DNA of 64,000 bases from the NCBI GenBank assembly GCA_964016885.1, contig OZ024743.1, forward strand, positions 190,960,001 to 191,024,000, written 5' to 3'. The position numbers were made by a program, and so were the translations under genes. Below the pieces are notes generated by a model, which searched no databases, had not been told where the DNA came from, and saw only the letters and a list, made by a program, of their open reading frames with translations. Every line of letters starts with the position of its first letter. Position 1 is the first letter of the stretch. This document shows, in pieces, positions 55,974 to 64,000 of this stretch. Source of the DNA: Eledone cirrhosa (taxonomy: Eukaryota).

Positions 55974-56396
55974 CCTGTGTCAGTGTTGAACAAAAAGGTG
56001 ACGTGGTTGCCTTAACACCGTATGGCATAAATTCAGGCTGTTCAGTTTGTTTACAAACGAACAAAGCGACGTTAGCGCCGCTAAACTGATACGTGCATAT
56101 ATGTATGTGTACCTGTATGCATATGTATGTATATATGTATATATATATATATATATGTGCATGCTACTGTACGTCTGTATACATATATGTATGTACGTAT
56201 ACATGCATACTTACATTTAAGTAAGTGCCATACTAAGAGTGAGAAATGAAATTTCGTTTTCATTTTGTTTCAATTTATCGTTTTCGGTATGCCTGACCGA
56301 TTTAACTCACTCAATATGCAAATTAGGCTGCTCAGCCGTTAATTTTCATAAGGAAAGTATATACTTTCGAACGTTCAACTATCTGGCAGATGGGTA

Positions 56397-56441
56397 AACG
56401 GTGCTGATGATAGCTAACAAGCTTGAAACTAGTACATCGTT
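56397..56441 (+). ncRNA. Minimal type-I hammerhead
   Basis: Identical copy at +468. Confidence 0.92.
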
Positions 56442-56864
56442 CCTGTGTCAGTGTTGAACAAAAAGGTGACGTGGTTGCCTTAACACCGTATGGCATAAAT
56501 TCAGGCTGTTCAGTTTGTTTACAAACGAACAAAGCGACGTTAGCGCCGCTAAACTGATACGTGCATATGTATGTGTACCTGTATGCATATGTATGTATAT
56601 ATGTATATATATATATATATATATGTGCATGCTACTGTACGTCTGTATACATATATGTATGTACGTATACATGCATACTTACATTTAAGTAAGTGCCATA
56701 CTAAGAGTGAGAAATGAAATTTCGTTTTCATTTTGTTTCAATTTATCGTTTTCGGTATGCCTGACCGATTTAACTCACTCAATATGCAAATTAGGCTGCT
56801 CAGCCGTTAATTTTCATAAGGAAAGTATATACTTTCGAACGTTCAACTATCTGGCAGATGGGTA

Positions 56865-56909
56865 AACGGTGCTGATGATAGCTAACAAGCTTGAAACTAG
56901 TACATCGTT
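56865..56909 (+). ncRNA. Minimal type-I hammerhead
   Basis: Identical copy at +936. Confidence 0.92.
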
Positions 56910-57332
56910 CCTGTGTCAGTGTTGAACAAAAAGGTGACGTGGTTGCCTTAACACCGTATGGCATAAATTCAGGCTGTTCAGTTTGTTTACAAACGAACAA
57001 AGCGACGTTAGCGCCGCTAAACTGATACGTGCATATATGTATGTGTACCTGTATGCATATGTATGTATATATGTATATATATATATATATATGTGCATGC
57101 TACTGTACGTCTGTATACATATATGTATGTACGTATACATGCATACTTACATTTAAGTAAGTGCCATACTAAGAGTGAGAAATGAAATTTCGTTTTCATT
57201 TTGTTTCAATTTATCGTTTTCGGTATGCCTGACCGATTTAACTCACTCAATATGCAAATTAGGCTGCTCAGCCGTTAATTTTCATAAGGAAAGTATATAC
57301 TTTCGAACGTTCAACTATCTGGCAGATGGGTA

Positions 57333-57377
57333 AACGGTGCTGATGATAGCTAACAAGCTTGAAACTAGTACATCGTT
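57333..57377 (+). ncRNA. Minimal type-I hammerhead
   Basis: Identical copy at +1404. Confidence 0.92.
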
Positions 57378-57625
57378 CCTGTGTCAGTGTTGAACAAAAA
57401 GGTGACGTGGTTGCCTTAACACCGTATGGCATAAATTCAGGCTGTTCAGTTTGTTTACAAACGAACAAAGCGACGTTAGCGCCGCTAAACTGATACGTGC
57501 ATATATGTATGTGTACCTGTATGCATATGTATGTATATATGTATATATATATATATATGTGCATGCTACTGTACGTCTGTATACATATATGTATGTACGT
57601 ATACATGCATACTTATATATATATG

Positions 57626-57712
<87 letters not shown>

Positions 57713-57771
57713 ATAATTGTTTCTACATTTGACACAAGGCCAGTAATTACCCAATACATTACTGGTACTTT

Positions 57772-58407
57772 AAATTATTTACCCTGATAGTGGGGTTAAG
57801 CACACTCGGAGAAATGGAAAAAGATGAGTATTGACGTACATGGGAGTCGAAAATATTCTTACTTGACATTACAGTTGCTAAGATTATAGCTTCTAATTTG
57901 AATGGAAAACGACGGGTGATATGTTGGTGTAAATGGTAGCACAGTGGTCTGGATAACCAAAGCTGTGGGTTTGACTCCGATGTACGTCAATACTCATCTT
58001 TTTCCATTTCTCCGAGGGTTCTTAACCCCACTATCAGGCTAAATAATTTTCTTTAATTTCTTTAGTCAAAACACGGCGGTAGTTTACATTTATAATTTCA
58101 AACTCGCTCGCTGTTTCGAAAATATTCTTACTTGACATTTACAGTTGCTAAGATTATAGCTTCTAATTTGAATGGAAAAAGACGGGTGATGTGTTGGTGT
58201 AATGGTAGCACTGTGGTCTGGATAGCCAAAGATGTGGTTTCAACTACCATATACGTCAAAACTCATCTTTTCCCATTTCTCCGAGGATTCTTAACCCCAA
58301 TATCAGGCTAAATAATTTCTTTAATTTCTTTAGTCAAAATACGGCGATAGGTTACATTTATAATAATTTCAAACCCGCTCGCCGATTCGAAAATATTATT
58401 ACTTGAT
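57772..58407 (+). repeat. ~270-bp tandem unit (x2) with a tRNA-like segment, preceded by a short inverted copy; bracketed by SINE tail fragments (57716-57772 minus, 58625-58698 plus)
   Basis: TGGTGTAAATGGTAGCAC..GGTTTGACTCC A/B-box-like motifs at ~57925-57979 and ~58195-58248; 57772-57846 mirrors 57973-58049. Confidence 0.7.
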
Positions 58408-58876
58408 ATATATATATATGTATATATATATGGAAAACAAAGAATCAGTGACACTTTTATTTGTATAAAATCATTTTTTAATGATTTCATACGAATGGAG
58501 CAGTTCCAGACGTACAAATTTAATGTATATATAAAATAAATATACATAACATCTACTAACGTATAGAGGTATGGAGGAGCTTTGTTGACTGAAATTATTT
58601 CCGAATCCCCTTCGAGATGACACCCTTCATTAGATAAAATAAAGTACCAGTAATACACTGGAATAATTGCTGGCCCTGTGCCAAAAGTAGAAACAATTAT
58701 ATATATATATATGTGTGTGTATATTGTTATACTTTGGGAGGGTCATGTTGCCAATAAGAAACACACGCACCAGTCGCATTCACTTCAATTTATTATAAGT
58801 TAAATTTATAAATTTAGGAATTTATAAATTTCCGGTTGGTCGGTTGGTTCCACAACCAGCCGATTGTTTATATATT

Positions 58877-58919
58877 GTCAAAGTTCTATCGTCACACATT
58901 CTGTGACCTCTTCAGTAAC
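58877..58919 (-). ncRNA. Degenerate minimal hammerhead
   Basis: Minus strand: GTTA-CTGAAGA-GGTCACA-GAATG-TGTGAC-GATA-GAAC-TT-TGAC (GAAA>GATA, GTAC>GAAC). Confidence 0.6.
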
Positions 58920-58984
58920 TGGGGATTCTTTTCTTTGATTTTGTGCCTCTCTTTTGTTCTGTCCTACGCCATCTTGTTGGCATG

Positions 58985-60430
58985 TATATTATGAACTTTT
59001 TCTTCGGCCCAGATCTTTTCCCAGAATTCTTGCACTTCCTCCTTGGGTGGTATTGATTTAGCAGTTATTTTTTTACTTTTTATTTATTGACTTGCCAATT
59101 TTTCTGTAGAAGTTTCTTTGGTTGTTTTTGAACATATTATTGTCCTTATAGAATCTAGATCGTTTTTCAAAGCGGCTTATACGAGCAGCTTTGGCCGACA
59201 CTTTTTGCTTGATTATTTCTATCAGCATGTCTATGTCACTTGTTGATTTTATACTCTATTTTCTTTTCAATTTTCTAAGTTTAGTTTGTTTAATGTGATC
59301 ACCTACTTTGTAGTTTGTTAACATTTCTATGTCAGATCGGAGAAGGTTTATTTGGCGATTGATGTTCTCTTGCCAAATAGATTTCTTGTGGGAATTCCTT
59401 TGTTTTTTTCATTTTCCCTCCACATATGTGAGTGGTGACTTTAGCCGATGCATAATATAGATGATTTAAATCAGTAATGTTTAGTTTGTTTGTGATGATA
59501 ATGGTTTGAGAATTATGTTAGTCTTGTGTATTATCTTTTGGTTCGGTTTGGAGTTCTGGATCTTAGGGAGATTGTCTCGTTCCCCCATGTCAGATTCTTT
59601 CATTTTCATCCATTCGATCATAATTTCATCCTTCAAGTTGGCAAGTTCATTCTCATTCATTTCTTTATCATTTACGATCTCATTGTTTGGAGTTTCATCT
59701 TGAGCATGCACTCCCTCCACTTTTTCGATCCTTTCTTTAATTTGTTCTGTTGTCAGTGATTCCACCCCAACCCTGGGATTCGAAGTGTTACAATTTACCT
59801 CGTTTTCACTGACACGTTTCATTTTCCCTTCGCTGACTTTGTGCTAATAGTTTGATCTAATCAATTTCTATATTAGTTAGTAACTTTTTTTTACAATATT
59901 TCTTCGTATATTGGCTAGTTTGTTACTGTCAATATAGCCTCTGTTTTCGGGATGTTTCTTTTTCTAGTTGATATATGTCTGTTCTGTATTCGATCTATTT
60001 GATGGCAGTGTAGAAATCCTCAAGGACTTCTTTATTGTCTTCCTTTGACCATTTTTCTCTCTTTTTCTTTCGATTTCTTGGTGGTGAGCATGGAGGGCCA
60101 GCTGTAGGAGTATTCCGGTGATGGGAGGTCTCCAGCTCCGAAATGATGGGAAGGTTTAACCTTTAGCTGATTTTTCGACCCCAGTCTGGTTCCTCTGTGA
60201 GAGACTCGGCCCTTTATGACCCGGGTAACGGCCGATCCGGTATGAGATTTTACCATTTGACATTTACTTTATTTTGTCGCGTTGTATCCTTAACCGCCAA
60301 GGGGTAATCATTTCGTGTTACCACTTCTAGGACGAGTGTCAACCAAACTAGAGGGGTCGTCCTCCCCTATAGACACGGCTATTCCCCGCCGGCCGCCATT
60401 CCGGTATTTCATGGTCACGGGGTTTTCTTG
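58985..60430 (-). mobile_element. 5' portion of an R4/Dong-like non-LTR element, decayed
   Basis: Minus strand AKAARISRFEKRSRFYKDNNMFKNNQRNFY..P.KEEVQEFWEKIW, homologous to the N-terminal region at 63500-63900; upstream limit uncertain. Confidence 0.65.
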
Positions 60431-61094
60431 GCTATGTCAGTGGTGGTGCTGGGGCTTTTTCTATTGTTGGTGGGGAAGGGATAGTGGTAGCAATGATTGA
60501 TGGAGTGGTGGCGGCGGTGACTATAGTGATGGCGTTGTCGTTACTGAGTTTTGTTGAATAGACTGTAGTAGTATGCGTTTGTTTGACCTGTGTATCTATG
60601 CGATTTGTCGCGTATGTTTAATATATGTGTTGACATATTTACTTAATATTTCAATTAAACATTTTGAGAAAACTTGAGATACAATAATAGTAATTATTAT
60701 TATTATGCTGGGATTGGTGGTGAAATTTCCGTTATCTGGCTGTTGTGTTTAGTGTACACAGAGGAGTGATGGGATAGGTGGTGTATCTAGCTTGTGGTGT
60801 TGGTGAAATTGCTGTTATTTGGCTGTTATATATAGTGTAGACAGAGGGGGTTTTCTTCCATTTCTAACCATTTTTTTTTTTTAATATAAGATTTATAATA
60901 CAAAATTGAATATTTGAGCGATATAACAGGATATTATGGATTCGAATTTCCTGAGAGCGAAGCCCGGCGCTTTATGTCCCATTTGTACTACGAATTGTTA
61001 TATCACAATGGTTTTAAATATGGTAAAAAAACAAAAACTTACGGGAACGATTCCATAACACTCTATTCACCACGTGCGCCTTCTTCCCTATCTT

Positions 61095-64000
61095 TATTAT
61101 TATAATTATTATTATTGTTCTTTGAGTCTCAGTCATGGATGTTATTTAACTGGAAAGTTTGTTGAGATGAATATCAAGCCGCTACCTGCAGCTTCAGATA
61201 TTCAGGACCTATCGGAGGGTTCTTGCTGTTGCCAGCAAGCATGCCTTTTGAAGTGTTCCAAAAAGCAGCGCTAGACAAACATTCTTTAACCATCCTTGGA
61301 AACGTTTTGAGATAGTACCTAGTGCGCCTATGACAATCGGGACCACTTTGACCTCATGGCAGTTACAAATCCTTTTTACATCCCAATTTAAATCCTAGTA
61401 TCGGTTAATTTTCTCCCTCTCCTTTTCTTGCACTCTCGTGTCAAATGGGCAGGCTACATCTACAATCAGGCATGATCTGTTTTCCTTGTCCAAAACACCA
61501 GGTCAGGCTTATTGTGTTCCAGTTTCTTGTCCGTCTGTATCCTAAAATCCCATAGCACCTTCACCTGATCGTTTTCTATCAACAACTCTGGCCTATGCTC
61601 ATACCACTTCTCAGAATGTGGTAAATTGTTTACTTTGCACATGTGCCAGTGGATCACCCTGCCCATCACATCATGTCTCCAGCCCTTATAGTGAGTCAGG
61701 GCTAGGTTTTTACACTCGGATACAATGTGAGCCACAGTCTCCTCTCTCTCTCCACACATCCTGCACAGTGGGCTAGCCTCCTCCTTGTAAATATGGTGTT
61801 TCAGCCACTTCGTTTTGAGGGCCTGCTCTTGCGCAGCCATTAGCATTCCTTGTGTAGCCTTGTTAAGCTCTCCTCTTTTCAACCACTTCCATGTCTGTGG
61901 GTCTCTAAATTCAGTTTTCTCAAAGAAGGTACTATGAAGGGATTTTTCATGAAGGTTGCTCTTTCTCCTTGTTATTTCCTCCTTGGACATCCCCTGGTCT
62001 ATTGTCCTCTCCTTCAGTACAATTCTGAGCATTGGCTCCCTACTATCGGTCACGTATTTGTGTAGGTTGTTTTTCTCCATCTGAACACAGTCTTCTATGC
62101 TGATAAGACCTCTTCCACCTTCAGATCTCCTTAAGTAGAGTCTATCGACATCACCCCTCTTGTGGAACATGCTGTAGATAGTCAATAGCTTCCTAGTCTT
62201 CCTATCCATTTCTTTTTGTTCAGCAACATTCCATCTCAGAATTCCCGTACTGTACCTAATAATAGACACAGCTCGGGAATTTACTGCACTTATGGCATTC
62301 CTACTGTTCAGATGTGACTTTAATACGCTCCTTACTCTCCGAATGTATTCAGTTCTTATCAATTCCTTCATTTTTTTGTTCTTGATGTCATCAGCCTCCA
62401 GAACACCTAAATATTTGTATCCTTCTTCGGTATCAATTTCCTTTATCATCTCACCTGTTGGTACCTGGATTCTGTTGCCTCTGCTCAATTCACCCCTCTT
62501 CATCTCAAAGACTCCACACTTACTAATACCAAATTGCATACATATTTCATTGCTGAAAATACGGACAGTGTCAGCAAGCACATCCAACTCCTTCTCACTC
62601 TTCCCGAATAGCTTAAGATCGTCCATGAAGAGCAGGTGATTGATGGTAAGCCCTTCCTTTTCCAACTTGTATCTTGCGCTTACTTTTGGCAGTATAATGG
62701 TCAGGGGGATCAGGGCAAGGCAAACAACAGAGGGGACAAACTATCTCCCTGGCAGATATCTCTCTTGATCTTCACGCCTCCCAAGGATTCTCCGCCCGAT
62801 GTTAACTCTGTTTTCCAGGACTTCATACTTTTGCTCAACAACTGTCTGATGTTATCTGCCACACTGAAGATCTCTAGGATTTTGGTCATCCAAGAATGAG
62901 GTACCATGTCGAATGCCTTTTTGTAGTCTATCCATCCCATGGCAAGACCAGTGTGTCTCCTCTTGCAATTCCTCATTACCTTTCCAATTATCTTATCAAT
63001 AAGTAGCTGGTCCTTTGTACCACGGGACTTCTTTCGGCATCCTTTCTGTTCGTCCGGTTATAAGTTGTTTATGTTGAGGTGATGGTAGATTTCCTCAGAC
63101 ATAATGCTTGTTAACAGTTTCCACATTACGGACAGCATGTGATAGGTCTATAGTTGGTAACATCATTAGCCTTGGTTCGGTCTTTCATTACTAGAACTGT
63201 GGTACCTTTTGTCTACCACTCTGGTACCTCCCCTGACATCAAACAGTCATTGAACATGGTTGTCAGTTTCGGGTGGAAGGATGTTTTATTTTTAATCCAA
63301 TACCCCTGCACACCATCTGGGCCTGGTGATTTCCAGTCGGTTAGTTTTCTGGCTGCCCCTTAAGAGTTTCAACTGTGATACTCAAATCAGTTTGTTGGTG
63401 TGCCTGTTCACTAATCTCCTTTTGTACTGTCTCAATCCACACTGCCTGATCATTATGTTCAACATCCTGCTCCTATATTCCCCTCCAGAATGTCTTAGTT
63501 TGTTCCGCCTCGGGGATCAAGTCGTTGCCTCTTTCTTACTCTTCAAGCTGTCCAAACAACATCTTCTGGTCGTCGTCAAACATGCGGTTATGTCTATATT
63601 GACTGACTCTGCTCTTGTATCGCCTAATATTTGCGCTCCCTTGCTACAATGCGTTGCTTCAGTTCCTCTATGATAATATTTAGATTTTTCCTCCTAGGTT
63701 TGTACTTCATTTCCAGTCTATTTTTAGTGTCTATGTTTTGTAATGTCCCATTCAGTAGGGACTCAAGCTTTCCAATGTCATTTCTCATTTCCCTGATTTT
63801 ACCATTCAGTCGTTTCTTCCACCATGGTGGAATCTTTCTTGTTTGTTGGTTTCTCTCGCTTTTATGCCAAGTAATTTCCTCACCGCATTTACTGTTGCTT
63901 TGAGGATATTGTTGCACTGGTGAAGGTTCCTCGCCTCAAGGTATGGGATGACTTTGTTTACCTTAGCTGCTGTTTCTTTTAACTTTTTCCTGTCTACAAA
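61095..64000 (-). mobile_element. R4/Dong-clade RLE LINE (RT, CCHC knuckle, restriction-like EN) with a (TAA)n 3' end; disrupted and runs off the window
   Basis: [77 protein letters not shown]. Confidence 0.93.

Larger units (their letters stand above)
54943..57614 (+). mobile_element. Tandem array of a 468-bp HHR-containing unit (retrozyme/satellite): ~1.4 inverted copies then ~4.3 direct copies
   Basis: Exact 468 periodicity; inversion centre CAGTTTAGCG|CCGCTAAACTG at ~55610; (TA)n flanks. Confidence 0.93.

Noticed and set aside
54955-57606. Repeated 60-133 aa ORFs (MKTKFHF.., MFVCKQTE..) in the 468-bp array
   Set aside because: No recognisable domain, frames change with (TA)n length, and they are antisense to the HHR.
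54943-57614. CRISPR-like regular array
   Set aside because: Units are identical 468-mers without unique spacers, and the context is eukaryotic.
57912-57988. Functional tRNA gene
   Set aside because: Acceptor and T stems pair poorly; treated as a tRNA-derived repeat.
60080-60430. HDV-like ribozyme at the 5' end of the R4/Dong-like fragment
   Set aside because: GC-rich and structured, but I could not assign the double pseudoknot by eye; needs a CM search.

Overview
Eukaryotic, very AT-rich, repeat-only window with no host gene that I can support. It is most likely an octopus genome, inferred from huge (TA)n/(TATG)n tracts and a SINE I recognise as abundant in Octopus. Nearly all 'YIYIYI' ORFs are microsatellite artefacts. 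Real coding remnants: several Penelope-like retroelements (PLEs; RT plus C-terminal CxC/GIY-YIG, Hydra-clade-like) with direct or inverted pseudo-LTRs, a decayed RepHel Helitron with non-autonomous relatives, an L2/CR1-group LINE 3' end, two Tx1 3' ends in (GATA)n, and two R4/Dong-like RLE LINEs. The main hidden signal is RNA structure: about 20 type-I hammerhead ribozyme (HHR) motifs, intact or decayed, read by eye. They lie in PLE pseudo-LTRs and in non-coding retrozyme-like units: a 487-nt two-HHR unit, a 468-nt tandem array with a 5' inversion, and a 1009-nt terminally redundant unit. Several unrelated families share an unusual HHR architecture in which stem II is expanded into a branched 55-95 nt domain. 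A short potential pseudoknot joins the segment 5' of stem I to that domain, and the stem II closing pair is often U-U or A-A instead of G-C. All structures were paired by hand and none has been computed or tested.
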